Assembly: GCA_963828465.1 (NCBI GenBank)
Contig: CAWHEU010000022.1
Coordinates: 192,001 to 256,000 of the forward strand
Length of the DNA stretch: 64,000 nt
From: an uncultured Acidobacteriota bacterium
GTDB taxonomy: Bacteria > Actinomycetota > Acidimicrobiia > Spongiisociales > ZC4RG35
Reading direction: 5' to 3'
The notes beneath the pieces are model-generated. The model was not told where the DNA came from. It worked only from the letters and a program-made list of their open reading frames with translations, and ran no database searches. Every line of letters begins with the position of its first letter. Position 1 is the stretch's first letter. Positions 50,008-60,511 of this stretch are shown here, in pieces. The translations under genes and the position numbers were made by a program.

Positions 50008-50462
50008 TCGATCTCCAGCGTCTCGAGCACGGCGTTCACGCTGGGAAGGATGTCTGCGCGATCGACGTGGGAGCCGAGGACGACGTAGAGACAGAAGGCG
50101 CGACCATTCTGGGTGAAGAATCGCTGCAGACCGGACTGGCCCGGCATCGCACGTTGCAGCGCGTTGCGATCGAACTCGCGGGCCGCGAGCTGACGGGGTA
50201 TCCCCTCGGCTTCGAACAGAGGTGTTCCGGCACTCTCCGGGCCGTATTCGAAAAGAGTCATGAACACATCGGTGCCATTCATCAGCTCCACCGCACCGGT
50301 GCCGAATGAACCGCGTTCGGGGGGCAGCGGGAAGGAGGCCAAGTGCATGACGGTCGGCTCCACGGCGCCGTCGGATTGGAGTTGGAAGTCGCCCCCCGAG
50401 ATCGAACCTTCCCAGTCGTCAGGGACCTCGACTGCGATCCCGCTGCGGGTCAATTGAGGCAA
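50004..50462 (-). CDS. Conserved hypothetical protein of the mau-like cassette
   Basis: HLASFPLP, LFEYGP, QRFFT.NGRAFCLYVVLG; tightly coupled to neighbours; TTG start inferred. Confidence 0.7.
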   Translation of the reverse strand: MPQLTRSGIAVEVPDDWEGSISGGDFQLQSDGAVEPTVMHLASFPLPPERGSFGTGAVELMNGTDVFMTLFEYGPESAGTPLFEAEGIPRQLAAREFDRNALQRAMPGQSGLQRFFTQNGRAFCLYVVLGSHVDRADILPSVNAVLETLEIE

Positions 50463-50463
50463 C

Positions 50464-51165
50464 TCAGGATCCCTTCTCGAGCGGGTTCGAGTAGAGCGAC
50501 GGGTCGCCTGGCTCGATGCCGGCCTGACGGAGTTGCTGATCGGTGAATTCCTCGCGGCCGGACGGGTCGAGGCGGACCGGCACCGCATCGCGAGCAGACT
50601 GGCGGAGGAGCCCGAGAAGGTGCCGCCAGCTCGAGGCGGCGCCCTCGCCGATGACCATCCCCTGGCCGTCGACGAGGAGGAAATATGGGGTCATCGGGAC
50701 CCGGAACGTCTCCCAGGTCTCGTCCGACATGATCAAAGGGACCCGAGGTGGCGCCATGTCGACCAACTTGGCTGCCGATTCGGACCCAGGGCCTTTGGTG
50801 ACGATCACAGTCCGCGTGTCGGGCATGGGCAACTCGAAATCGCCCTGAAACTCGGTCCAGAACGTCTGGCAACTCAGGCAGCCCGAGGAGAGGAACGCCA
50901 CCAAAGTGTTGCCCCGGCCGTGGACCAGGCTCATGCTCTGATCGGCGCCATCGAGCCCTACCCCACGCAGCGTGTTGGATGGGGCCTTCTCGAAACCTGT
51001 GGTCTTGGGTCTGGTCTGGGGCGTCCCCACCGTGACCGCCCCCTCCTCGGTTACGCCGAGCGCGGCGAGTTGTCGGAGGATCTCGGCATGGCTCTTGAGC
51101 AGTCCGGCGACGAGGATGGCGAGGAGGATGATCACCACGCCTTCGATGATGACAATCGCCGTCAT
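50464..51165 (-). CDS. MauD-like membrane-anchored thioredoxin-fold protein
   Basis: N-terminal TM, FLSSGCLSC (CxxC), cis-Pro TPYF. Confidence 0.78.
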   Translation of the reverse strand: MTAIVIIEGVVIILLAILVAGLLKSHAEILRQLAALGVTEEGAVTVGTPQTRPKTTGFEKAPSNTLRGVGLDGADQSMSLVHGRGNTLVAFLSSGCLSCQTFWTEFQGDFELPMPDTRTVIVTKGPGSESAAKLVDMAPPRVPLIMSDETWETFRVPMTPYFLLVDGQGMVIGEGAASSWRHLLGLLRQSARDAVPVRLDPSGREEFTDQQLRQAGIEPGDPSLYSNPLEKGS

Positions 51166-52482
51166 CAGGCGTTCCGTCCCCAGGTCAACGGGAAACCATT
51201 CCCGCCGAAGGTGAAGGTGGTGGACGCAGTTGACCCGATATTGCGAATCGTCCACGTGCCGGCGTTGAACCAGCCGACCCCGGCGCGGCCATCGCCGTCC
51301 CAGTCGCCGGTGACAGGCCTGCCGTTGCCGGCGAGGGTGAAGTCGCGGTCCGCTGGGCCGGCTGACACCGCGTTGCGCAGGATCCACCGGTCCCCTCGCA
51401 CGACGCCGATCCCGGTGTGGCCGTCACCGTTCCAGTCCCCGACCACGGGGATGTCGCCTGGTTGGCCGAATACGAAGTCGATGTCGGGTTCTCCCGCACG
51501 GTTCGAATTGCGCAGCAGCCATCTGTTGCCCCGCACCACTCCGATCGTGTGGACGCCGTTGCCGTTCCAGTCCCCGACGACCGGGATGTCGCCCGGTCTC
51601 CCGTACTCGATCACGAGATTGGGGCTGCCCGGGCCTTCCACTTGACGGAGGAACCAGACGAGGTTGCCGACACCGGCCACGCCATGACGGGTGTTGCGCA
51701 CCATCCCGATGGTCCTCACCCCGGCGTTCGAGAAGTCCCCGGCTACCGGGTAGTCCCCTGGTAGGCCGAAGTCGAAGGTCTGGTTGGCTCCTCCACTGCT
51801 CAATGCATTGCGTAGCTGGAACGTGGTGCCGCTGACGACAGCCGGCCGGGCGCGGTAAGGGCCCTTGGGGGTGGTGTCGGGGAGCAGTCCTGCGGCGTTG
51901 TGGCTGTATGTCGACTGGGACACGGCGCTCGTTGTGGTGCAGGTCGAGTCCCATTCCCAGGGAGGAACGCAGGTGACCACCCGACAGGTGATAGGCCCGA
52001 TGCAAGGGAGGTCGTTGTTGCACTGGCCGTAACGGAACCGGGTGCAGCACACCTTGCGTTCGCTGCAATTGTCGTGGTTGCACTGGCAGTTGCAGTTCAC
52101 GCACGAGTCGGAGCAGGTGCCCGAGCCGCCGCAGCTGCATCCACCGCAATCCGCCGCGTTGCAGTCCATGTAGTAGCGACTCCGACCGTCGCAGAAGGTG
52201 TTGCCTTCGGCCCGCCACCATCCGGCGACCACGTTCCCGGGTGGGCAGGTGTTGACCCCGTGGATGTTGCAGCAGAAATCGGTCCAGCCATCGTTGCATC
52301 TGGCCCCGCCGCCGCATTGGCTCGGCACGACGGCGCCGTAGGCGCTGCCTGGACGAAGGATGTAGGCGGCCGGCGCCGCGACAAGAGCGGTGCCGACCAT
52401 GGCCGCACGGCGGAGGAAGCCGCGGCGCGAGCGTGCGGGTGTCGAGAGCGCGGCTCGCGGCGGCGACGAGTCGCGTGCTCAT
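51165..52482 (-). CDS. Tat-exported Cys-rich (MauA-like) protein with C-terminal FG-GAP/VCBS-like repeats (frameshift near 52430)
   Basis: SRRGFL after removing one base; 23 Cys in ~125 aa including CPPG..GWW..YYMDC; four GD.P..GDW.G.G-type repeats. Confidence 0.78.
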
Positions 52483-52989
52483 TCGGTCCGGGTCAAGGCC
52501 ATGGTTTGAGGTAGGCGGGATAGGAGGAGGTAGGCAAGGTAGACCCCGATGGCGACAAAGACGACATAGGCGATGAGGGTCGACATGGAGTCATCGGTCG
52601 GAATGACGGCTGTCCCGGTGATCGCAACGACACCGAGGGCGATCAGACTGACGACATTGAAGCCGAAATGGAACCAGGACGGAGGGGTGTCCTCCCGCCC
52701 GAAACAGCCGCAACTCTGGATGGGAAGGTCGGCCCGCAGGGCCAGCCACGTAAATGCGGCGAACCCCGCATAGAGCACCACGGCCGCCCGTTACCCAAGG
52801 CCCACCCAGGATCAAACCGACTACCGAAACCGCCACCTCGACAAGCCCCAAGATCCGGACGACAGATTTCGACGAGGGGAGGCGAGCAGCGCGCAAGGCG
52901 CCGACGGTTGGGACTGGATCCGCCATCTTGGCCATCCCGGCCAACCCGAGCAGGCCGAGAGCTATGGCGGCGACGGCTGCGGCGACCAC
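52479..52989 (-). CDS. MauE/DoxX-family membrane protein (frameshift near 52785)
   Basis: LAGMAK, LGLVE, SCGCFG, multiple TM helices. Confidence 0.85.
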
Positions 52990-53075
52990 GAGGCGAGAGT
53001 AGTGCTGATGCTCTGGATCGCCGGAATCCCCCCGAAAGTATGTCTACCCGCCTCGGGAGCTTTACCATTTCTCCG

Positions 53076-53984
53076 GTGTCAGCATCACAATCGAGCCATC
53101 TCCGCGCCCTCGAATCGGAGTCGATTCACATCATCCGCGAAGCTGTCGCCGAATCGGAGAACCCTGTTCTCCTCTTCTCCGGGGGCAAGGACTCCGCCCT
53201 CGTCCTGCGACTCGCTGTAAAGGCGTTCTGGCCTGCGCGTCTTCCCTTCCCGGTCATGCACGTCGATACCGGGCACAACTTCGATGAGGTGCTCGAGTTC
53301 AGGGATCGGATCGTGACCGAGCTCGAGGCCGATCTCATCGTCGCTTCGGTCCAGGAGGCCATCGACCAAGGCCGGGTGGTCGAAGAAACCGGGCCCCGGG
53401 CTTCCCGGAACCGTCTTCAGACCGAGACCCTCCTCAACGCGATCGACAAGCATCGTTTCGACGTGGTCTTCGGTGGGGCGCGCCGTGACGAGGAGAAAGC
53501 TCGGGCGAAGGAGCGGGTGTTCTCGTTCCGGGACGAGTTCGGCCAATGGGACCCCAAGAGCCAGAGGCCTGAGCTCTGGTCCCTCTACAACGGACGGCAT
53601 CGCAAGGGCGAGCACATGCGGGTCTTCCCGATCTCGAACTGGACGGAGATGGACGTCTGGCAGTACATCGAAGATGAGGGGATCGAGTTGCCTTCGGTCT
53701 ATTTCTCGCATCGCCGGCGTGTCTTCGAGCGGGACGGGATGCTCATGGCCGAGTCGCCCTATCTCAATCTCATCGACGGCGAGGAGGTGTTCGAGGCCAT
53801 CGTGCGGTTCCGGACCGTGGGAGACATGACCTGCACCGGTGGGTTCGAGTCCACCGCCTCGTCAGTCGGGGAGATCATCGAGGAGGTGGCCGTCACACGG
53901 ATCACCGAGCGTGGCGCCAGCCGTGCCGACGATCGAACCGCCGAGGCCGCCATGGAGGATCGGAAGCGGGAGGGCTACTTCTGA
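53076..53984 (+). CDS. cysD: Sulfate adenylyltransferase subunit 2
   Basis: LESESIHIIRE, FSGGKDS, GGARRDEEKARAKER, MEDRKREGYF. Confidence 0.96.
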   Translation: MSASQSSHLRALESESIHIIREAVAESENPVLLFSGGKDSALVLRLAVKAFWPARLPFPVMHVDTGHNFDEVLEFRDRIVTELEADLIVASVQEAIDQGRVVEETGPRASRNRLQTETLLNAIDKHRFDVVFGGARRDEEKARAKERVFSFRDEFGQWDPKSQRPELWSLYNGRHRKGEHMRVFPISNWTEMDVWQYIEDEGIELPSVYFSHRRRVFERDGMLMAESPYLNLIDGEEVFEAIVRFRTVGDMTCTGGFESTASSVGEIIEEVAVTRITERGASRADDRTAEAAMEDRKREGYF

Positions 53985-55243
53985 TGACCGAACTGGTGCG
54001 CATCGCAACCACCGGGTCTGTCGACGACGGAAAGAGCACCCTGATCGGTCGGCTCCTCTTCGACTCCAAGCAGATCTTCCAGGACCAGCTCGAGGCGGTG
54101 GAGGACGCCAGCCGCAAGCGCGGCACCGACTACGTCGACCTGGCCCTGCTCACCGATGGCCTCCGCGCCGAGCGGGAGCAAGGGATCACCATCGATGTCG
54201 CCTATCGCTATTTCGCGACACCGAAGCGAAAGTTCGTCCTGGCCGACACCCCCGGTCACATCCAGTACACACGGAACATGGTCACCGGGTCATCGACGGC
54301 GAACATCGCTCTAATCCTGGTGGATGCAAGGCAGGGCATCCTCGAGCAGACCAGACGTCACTCCTTTCTCGCCTCTCTCCTGGGCGTCCCCCATCTGGTG
54401 TTGTGCGTCAACAAGATGGACCTCGTCGACTGGTCCCAGGAGCGCTTCGACGAGCTGGTCGACGAGTTCCGTCAGTTCGCCAACCGACTCGAAATACACG
54501 ATCTGCGGTTCGTGCCGGTGTCGGCCCTCGAGGGTGACAATGTGGTGAACCAGTCGCTGAACATGCCCTGGTACCACGGCCCGACTGTCCTCGAGTTGCT
54601 CGAGGACATTCACATCGGCAGCGATCAGAACATGATCGATGTGAGATTCCCGATCCAGTACGTCATCCGGCCCCATCGGCGGGAGTACCAGGATTTCAGG
54701 GGCTACGCCGGCAAGATCGCCGGAGGGCTGATCAAAAGGGGCGACGAGGTAATGGTCCTTCCCAGCGGCTTCACGACCACGATCCGCTCGATCGAGACCT
54801 TTGACGGACCGCTGGAAGAGGCGGCGCCTCCCAGCTCGGTGGTGATCACCCTCGATGACGACATCGACGTATCGCGGGGGGACATGTTGTGCCGACCACA
54901 CAATCAGCCTCACGCCTCTCAGGACATCGACGCCATGGTGGCCTGGATGTCGGATGGGCCTCCACTGAGGGTCGGCGCCAAATACGCCATCAAGCACACG
55001 ACACGTTGGGGGAAGGCCATGGTGCGGGACTTTCAATACCGCCTCGACGTCAACACCCTGCATCGTGACGAGTCATCGGATTCGCTCGGCTTGAACGAGA
55101 TCGGTCGGGTCAGGCTCCGCTCCACCACGCCTTTCTTCTTCGACGAGTACCGCCGCAATCGTGAGACGGGTTCATTCGTACTCGTCGACGAATCGAGCAA
55201 CGTCACGGTGGGGGCGGGGATGATCACCGGTGAGGGGTCGTGA
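53984..55243 (+). CDS. cysN: Sulfate adenylyltransferase subunit 1
   Basis: [29 protein letters not shown]. Confidence 0.96.
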   Translation: MTELVRIATTGSVDDGKSTLIGRLLFDSKQIFQDQLEAVEDASRKRGTDYVDLALLTDGLRAEREQGITIDVAYRYFATPKRKFVLADTPGHIQYTRNMVTGSSTANIALILVDARQGILEQTRRHSFLASLLGVPHLVLCVNKMDLVDWSQERFDELVDEFRQFANRLEIHDLRFVPVSALEGDNVVNQSLNMPWYHGPTVLELLEDIHIGSDQNMIDVRFPIQYVIRPHRREYQDFRGYAGKIAGGLIKRGDEVMVLPSGFTTTIRSIETFDGPLEEAAPPSSVVITLDDDIDVSRGDMLCRPHNQPHASQDIDAMVAWMSDGPPLRVGAKYAIKHTTRWGKAMVRDFQYRLDVNTLHRDESSDSLGLNEIGRVRLRSTTPFFFDEYRRNRETGSFVLVDESSNVTVGAGMITGEGS

Positions 55244-55833
55244 GCGAGAACGTTGTCTGGCATCGCGGGTCGGTGACGCCACCGGATCGGGCGGAGGCGA
55301 CCGGCGGCGAGGGCGTGACCGTGTGGATGACGGGTCTCTCGGGCAGCGGGAAGTCGACAATCGCCTACTCGGCCGAGATGATGCTGGTACAGGCCGGCCG
55401 GGCCGCCTATGTCCTCGACGGGGACAACCTGCGTCACGGCCTCAATTCCGATCTCGGGTTCGCGGCGGCGGACCGCAGCGAGAACGTGAGACGGGTGGGT
55501 GAGGTGGCTCGCCTCATGGCTGATGCAGGTCTCGTCGTGTTGGTCCCTGTCATCTCACCGTTCGCCTCAGACCGGAAGATGGTGCGCGAGGCACATGAGG
55601 AGGCAGGACTGGCCTTTGTCGAAGTGTTCGTCGACGCCTCGCTCGAGGTATGCGAACGGCGAGATCCCAAGGGCCTCTACGCCCGTGCACGTGCCGGCGA
55701 GATCGAAGACATGACCGGGATCGATTCCCCCTACGAGGCACCCGAGAGTCCGGATCTGAGACTGGATTCCGAAGGCACCTCAGCGGAGAAACTGGCCGCT
55801 CAAATCGTCGAGGCGGTAGGCACCGGATCATGA
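55240..55833 (+). CDS. cysC: Adenylyl-sulfate kinase
   Basis: [35 protein letters not shown]. Confidence 0.96.
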   Translation: MSENVVWHRGSVTPPDRAEATGGEGVTVWMTGLSGSGKSTIAYSAEMMLVQAGRAAYVLDGDNLRHGLNSDLGFAAADRSENVRRVGEVARLMADAGLVVLVPVISPFASDRKMVREAHEEAGLAFVEVFVDASLEVCERRDPKGLYARARAGEIEDMTGIDSPYEAPESPDLRLDSEGTSAEKLAAQIVEAVGTGS

Positions 55834-56648
55834 CCACGACAACCTCGCCCGTCTATTACGCCCGCCGTTTCAACCAATACGTGGCCGAGCTGTGGCGGCG
55901 GAGAGACTTTGTCTGGTTCTTCGCCCGGGGCAACATCAAGGCCCGCAACGCCTCGACCTTCCTCGGCCTGGTGTGGTGGGTCCTCAACCCGCTTCTTCTC
56001 GGTCTGGTCTATTTCTTCATCTTCGGGCTCATCTTTCCAAGCGAGCGCGACATCGCCTACCTGCTCTCGGGGATGTTCGTGTTCCACTACAGCAGTCAGT
56101 CCCTGAGCGGCGGTGCGGCCTCGATCCTCTCGAACTCGAAGCTCTTGGTCAACATCAGGTTTCCCCGCCTCATCCTGCCCATCGCCTTCCTCCTCGAGTC
56201 GACCTTCGGATTCCTCGCCTCCCTGGTGGTGTTCTACGCCATCGCCATCCCATTCGCCGGCGTCGTCCCGGGGCCGGAGATCCTGATGCTGCTCGTAGCC
56301 CTCCCGCTTCAGATCCTGTTCAACCTCGGTTTGGCTGCGGCCACCGCCAGGCTCGCTGTCCCGTTCCGCGACATCAACAATCTGATCCCCTACCTCAACA
56401 GGATCTGGCTCTACACGTCGCCGATCATCTGGCCGCTCAGCATGCTCACGAGCATGTCTGAGACGGTCCAGAGCCTGTTCCGGCTCAATCCGATGTTCCC
56501 CATCATCGCCCTGTACCGGACCGCACTGCTCGGATACCCGCTGGAGAGCGCCGACCTGATTGCGGCGGTGATCTGGTGCGTCCTGGCTGGGGTCGTCGGC
56601 ATCGCCATGTTCATCAAGTACGAGGGCCGGATGGTTAGGTACTTGTGA
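55830..56648 (+). CDS. wzm: ABC-2 polysaccharide export permease (Wzm/TagG)
   Basis: [32 protein letters not shown]. Confidence 0.9.
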   Translation: MTTTTSPVYYARRFNQYVAELWRRRDFVWFFARGNIKARNASTFLGLVWWVLNPLLLGLVYFFIFGLIFPSERDIAYLLSGMFVFHYSSQSLSGGAASILSNSKLLVNIRFPRLILPIAFLLESTFGFLASLVVFYAIAIPFAGVVPGPEILMLLVALPLQILFNLGLAAATARLAVPFRDINNLIPYLNRIWLYTSPIIWPLSMLTSMSETVQSLFRLNPMFPIIALYRTALLGYPLESADLIAAVIWCVLAGVVGIAMFIKYEGRMVRYL

Positions 56649-57413
56649 GCCGGCCTGCCCTCAAGGTGGAGAATGTCTCCGTTCGTTTTCGCCCTTACGT
56701 CGATCGACGCCCGACCCTTCGTCGTTCTCTGGCGACGTTCCGTCACAAGGAGACCCAGCTCGTCGAGGCCCTGAAGTCGGTCTCGTTCGAAGTGCAGAGG
56801 GGTGAGGCCTTTGGCATCGTCGGGCAGAACGGTGCCGGCAAGAGCACCCTGCTTCGTGTCATGGCTCGGACCTTGCGGCCTGATGACGGTCGGGTGGTGG
56901 TCCGGGGGCGGATGTCCACTCTCCTCCAGCTCGGAGTTGGCTTCAACGCCGAGCTGTCCGGCAGCCGAAACATCTACCTCGGTGGCCTCGTGGCAGGGCT
57001 GACCAAGAAGCAGGTCGACGAGCGTTACGACGAGATCGTCGAGTACTCCGAGCTGGGAGAGGCGATCTACCGGCCGATGAAGACCTACTCGTCGGGGATG
57101 TTCTCGAGACTGGCGTTTGCCGTGGCGATGCATCTCGATCCGGAGATCCTCCTCCTCGATGAGGTCCTCGCCGTCGGAGACGAGGGCTTCAAGGAGAAGA
57201 GCATGGCCACCATGAACGAGCTGTTGAGCAAGTCGGGCAGCATTGTCTTCGTGAGCCACGCTGTCCGCCAGCTGGCGGAGTTCTGCGACCGAGCCGCATG
57301 GCTCGACCAGGGCGAGACTCGTGGCCATCGGCGACGCCGAAGACGTGGTCGAACAGTATCGGGCATTCGTCCAGCAGCGGCGGAAAGAGATGAGGGCGCA
57401 GGGCTTGGCGTGA
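56645..57413 (+). CDS. wzt: ABC polysaccharide export ATPase (Wzt/TagH; frameshift near 57318)
   Basis: GQNGAGKST, TYSSGM, LDEVLAVGD, VSH; true end LVAIGDAEDVVEQY..LA* at 57413 in another frame. Confidence 0.88.
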
Positions 57414-58837
57414 CCGTCGATACGGGTGCCGAGGGAGATCCGGCCAACACAGGCGAGGAGCTAGTTGTTCCGGGACCGGTGCTCGACCAGTCGTCGCTGT
57501 CCCATGACGTTCCCGAGGACAAACACTCATTCGACGTCGAGACGGTTCGGGACCAGCATCGGGAGGACTTAGTAAGGCTGCGCGGGGAGCTGATGAAGAG
57601 GGTCCTGGCCCTGCAGGTGAGCCGACAACAGCTCGCCGATCGGCTGCAGGAGCAGATTGCCATGACCAAGGCCCTCGAGCGTTCACTCCGACAGGCACAA
57701 CGGCAGATACAGTCGATCTACGAGAGCCGGACATGGCGAGTCGGGAGCGCGGTCCGGAGAGTATTTCGACCACTGGCACCCAATTCGGATCCGCCCGGCA
57801 TCGCAGTGCCGGAGGTGGTGTCCATGGAGCCCGTCGAGGGTCTCTCGCCGTTCATCGAGGCCTTGCCCGCCATCGATCCCCATCCCCTTGCGACCGAATA
57901 CGGTGCCGAGCTCGACTCGCGACGAGTAATGGACCGATCCGGCATCGGCTTCGCTGTGTCGACGGCCAGTTTCGGCGAGGGCCGTGGCGATCTCTTCGTC
58001 GCGACCGGTCTGGGCCGGTATCTACGCCGCCGCGGGTACGAACCGTCGTACGTCCCGCTAGAGGATTGGCATGAGGCATCCGGCCTCAAATGGTTGGTGG
58101 CAATGTTGCCCGGCTTCAGACCCTCTGTTCTTAGCGCCGAGTCGAACGTCGTCGGCTGGGCGCGGAATGCCTTCGATGACTGGCTTGCCCACCCTGAGCT
58201 GGAGAGGTTCCGGTTGTTGCTCACCTCGTCTCCTCGATTCGCCGAAGCTGCTGGAAAGGTCTACTCGGGAGACATCCACCTCCTGCCCATCGGCGTCGAC
58301 CTCGAGCTCTTCGAACCACCCGCCACTCGACCTCCATCACGCGTCAGTGTCGTCACGACTACCAATCAATGGGGAGGGGAGCGTGACCTATATCGAGCAC
58401 TCAGGTCGTCGCCAGTGAACTTCCCCCTCCATATCTACGGTCAGCCCGCAGGGCTGTCGCCTGAGCTCCACGCTCACTATCTCGGCCCGGTCGACTACTT
58501 CGAGCTTCCGGGCATCTACTGGCGAGCACGCGTTGTGCTGGATGACTCCCATCCCGCCGTGATCGGGTGGGGATCGGTGAACAGCCGTATCTTCGATGCC
58601 CTTGCTGCCGGCGCCCTACCAGTGACCAACGCCGAGGATGGGCTGGAACAGCTAGGGCTTTCGGACGTCCCTACCTACTCCGAGCCCTCGCAGCTGAACG
58701 AGATCGTCACCGACCTTTTGGCCAATGATCAGGCAACGCGAGATCTCATCGACCGTCTTCGAGCCGTTGTCACGGAGCGTCACTCAATGGAGGCGCGGTC
58801 GCAGCGGCTGGAAGAGATACTGACCGAGACGCGCTGA
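57410..58837 (+). CDS. CgeB/YkvP-like glycosyltransferase with N-terminal coiled coil
   Basis: IYESRTWRV coiled-coil cap; GDLFVA, NSRIFDALAAG, HSMEAR; GTGA overlap with wzt stop. Confidence 0.8.
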   Translation: MTVDTGAEGDPANTGEELVVPGPVLDQSSLSHDVPEDKHSFDVETVRDQHREDLVRLRGELMKRVLALQVSRQQLADRLQEQIAMTKALERSLRQAQRQIQSIYESRTWRVGSAVRRVFRPLAPNSDPPGIAVPEVVSMEPVEGLSPFIEALPAIDPHPLATEYGAELDSRRVMDRSGIGFAVSTASFGEGRGDLFVATGLGRYLRRRGYEPSYVPLEDWHEASGLKWLVAMLPGFRPSVLSAESNVVGWARNAFDDWLAHPELERFRLLLTSSPRFAEAAGKVYSGDIHLLPIGVDLELFEPPATRPPSRVSVVTTTNQWGGERDLYRALRSSPVNFPLHIYGQPAGLSPELHAHYLGPVDYFELPGIYWRARVVLDDSHPAVIGWGSVNSRIFDALAAGALPVTNAEDGLEQLGLSDVPTYSEPSQLNEIVTDLLANDQATRDLIDRLRAVVTERHSMEARSQRLEEILTETR

Positions 58838-58860
58838 CAGGCCCGATCGGGTGTTGGCCG

Positions 58861-60399
58861 TCAGTTTTCGAGGGCGCGGCGGAGGAAGGCGGCCATCTGC
58901 CCCCGAGTCACCAGCTCGGTGGGGCAGTAACGGTCATTGTTCGGCGGGTTGCAGCCAAGGGTGATCCCGGCGGCCGCGACGCGGTTGATCGATTGCTCGA
59001 AGAGCGAAGCCCCATCGTCACGGAAGAAGTCTCGGGGTGAGGGCTGCAATTCCTGACTGCGGGACAGGAAGGCCGCCATCTGCTCCCGTCGAATCTCAGC
59101 GTCACCGCAGTATCTGCCGGGCCCACAGCCATCCGTGATGCCGGCTTCGAACATGCGGTTCACCGCGTCTTCGTAGAACGTCCGCCGATCATCGCCGAAG
59201 TAGTCCTTCGACGCTGCCGGCAGGTTGAGCGCACGGGCCAGGAAGACCGCCATCTGGCCCCGTGTCACGTTGGCGTCGGGGCAGAACCGGGTGTTGAGCG
59301 GCGGGTTGCATCCCTTGGTGATTCCCTCGCCAGCGAGCCAGTCAATGGCGGCCTCGAATCTGTGACCATGGGCATCCAGGAATCCGCTGAACCGCGTCTC
59401 GCGCTCCTGGACCCAGGCATCCATGCGGCCGTCGAAGATCCATGACACCTGGTTGGGTGGGCTCCACGTCCGGTAGCCGTCAAGGAAGGCCGGGTCGACT
59501 CGTCCGTCGTCCACGACCGTGAAGTCGAGGTTCCTCTCGGGACGATCGCGATTGAAGTAGATGGCACCGATCACCTGGTCGTGCGCTTTGAGCCTGGTGA
59601 ACATGTCGTCGAGCCATTGGGACCGGGACTCGCCGTTCGGACCGGTCTCGATGGATGCGGTCTGGGTGACGAGAATCGGCTTGGTCAGCGAGACTTGGGT
59701 GCGCAGCGAGTCGATATATCGTCCGAAGGTGAACTCGTAGTTCCGCCACGCAGGAAGCCCGTTGTTGATCTGCGCGAAACCGATCAAGTCGACGACCTCG
59801 TCGCCTGGGTAGTAATCCTCGTATCCGAAGGCGTGACTGTTGTCTCCAAATGGAGCGAACAGGAACCGGATCTGCTGAGGAGTCAGTCCCTCGTCGAGCA
59901 AGGCGGCACGTATGCGCCGATATGCGGCTTTGTAGCCGTGAGGCTGCCCTGACCAGGGATGATTCCCGTTCATCTCGGGCAATGGAGCGACGAGCATCGA
60001 CCGGCCGGGACGCTCGTGGAGCCAGCCGGCGAGGACGTTCGCCATCTGGCGGAGCTTGGTGTCGAGGGCACCGCCGTTCAGCGCACCCAGATCCTCGGCG
60101 GTCATCTCCAGATATGGAGTCATTCCGCGTCCCTCGAGTTCCGTCAGCAGCTCGACGATCGGCTCGGGGGTCCAATCACGTTCGACCTCGAAGAAGAGCT
60201 GATAGATGGCGGGGGGCTTGCCCGCTTGCTGTGTGAGGGTGGTGACTGCCGGCCTCCACTCCATGCCGGAAGCGAATCCCAGAAGCATGGGTTTCTCGGT
60301 CGCCGCTTCGACTGTCCGAGGAAGTAAAGGAGTGGTGGCGAGCGCCAGAGCGAAGATGACGAGGAGACGCTCGGGCAGGCGATGGGATGGGTGGCGCAT
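58861..60399 (-). CDS. GH26-like glycoside hydrolase domain + three SLH
   Basis: PEMNG, YYPGDEVVD.IG, KPILVTQT; SLH x3; signal peptide. Confidence 0.78.
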   Translation of the reverse strand: MRHPSHRLPERLLVIFALALATTPLLPRTVEAATEKPMLLGFASGMEWRPAVTTLTQQAGKPPAIYQLFFEVERDWTPEPIVELLTELEGRGMTPYLEMTAEDLGALNGGALDTKLRQMANVLAGWLHERPGRSMLVAPLPEMNGNHPWSGQPHGYKAAYRRIRAALLDEGLTPQQIRFLFAPFGDNSHAFGYEDYYPGDEVVDLIGFAQINNGLPAWRNYEFTFGRYIDSLRTQVSLTKPILVTQTASIETGPNGESRSQWLDDMFTRLKAHDQVIGAIYFNRDRPERNLDFTVVDDGRVDPAFLDGYRTWSPPNQVSWIFDGRMDAWVQERETRFSGFLDAHGHRFEAAIDWLAGEGITKGCNPPLNTRFCPDANVTRGQMAVFLARALNLPAASKDYFGDDRRTFYEDAVNRMFEAGITDGCGPGRYCGDAEIRREQMAAFLSRSQELQPSPRDFFRDDGASLFEQSINRVAAAGITLGCNPPNNDRYCPTELVTRGQMAAFLRRALEN

Positions 60400-60511
60400 C
60401 AGGACAGTTATCGGTAGCGGGGTCCCAGGTCCTGAGTGGATGGGCTCGATCCACCCTAGGCCGTTCATCGGCTAATGCCCCATGCACCCACTCCGCCGAC
60501 AAATCGCGTTG

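Noticed and set aside
50464-52989. Calling the cassette a true methylamine dehydrogenase (mau) operon
   Set aside because: No mauB, mauG or amicyanin in the window; the Cys count and C-terminal repeats differ from MauA.
56645-58837. Apparent 730-aa Wzt-glycosyltransferase fusion
   Set aside because: The junction reads as off-frame text (GHRRRRRRGRT); the normal Wzt end lies in another frame, stopping at 57413 with a GTGA overlap to the GT start, so it is an indel artefact.
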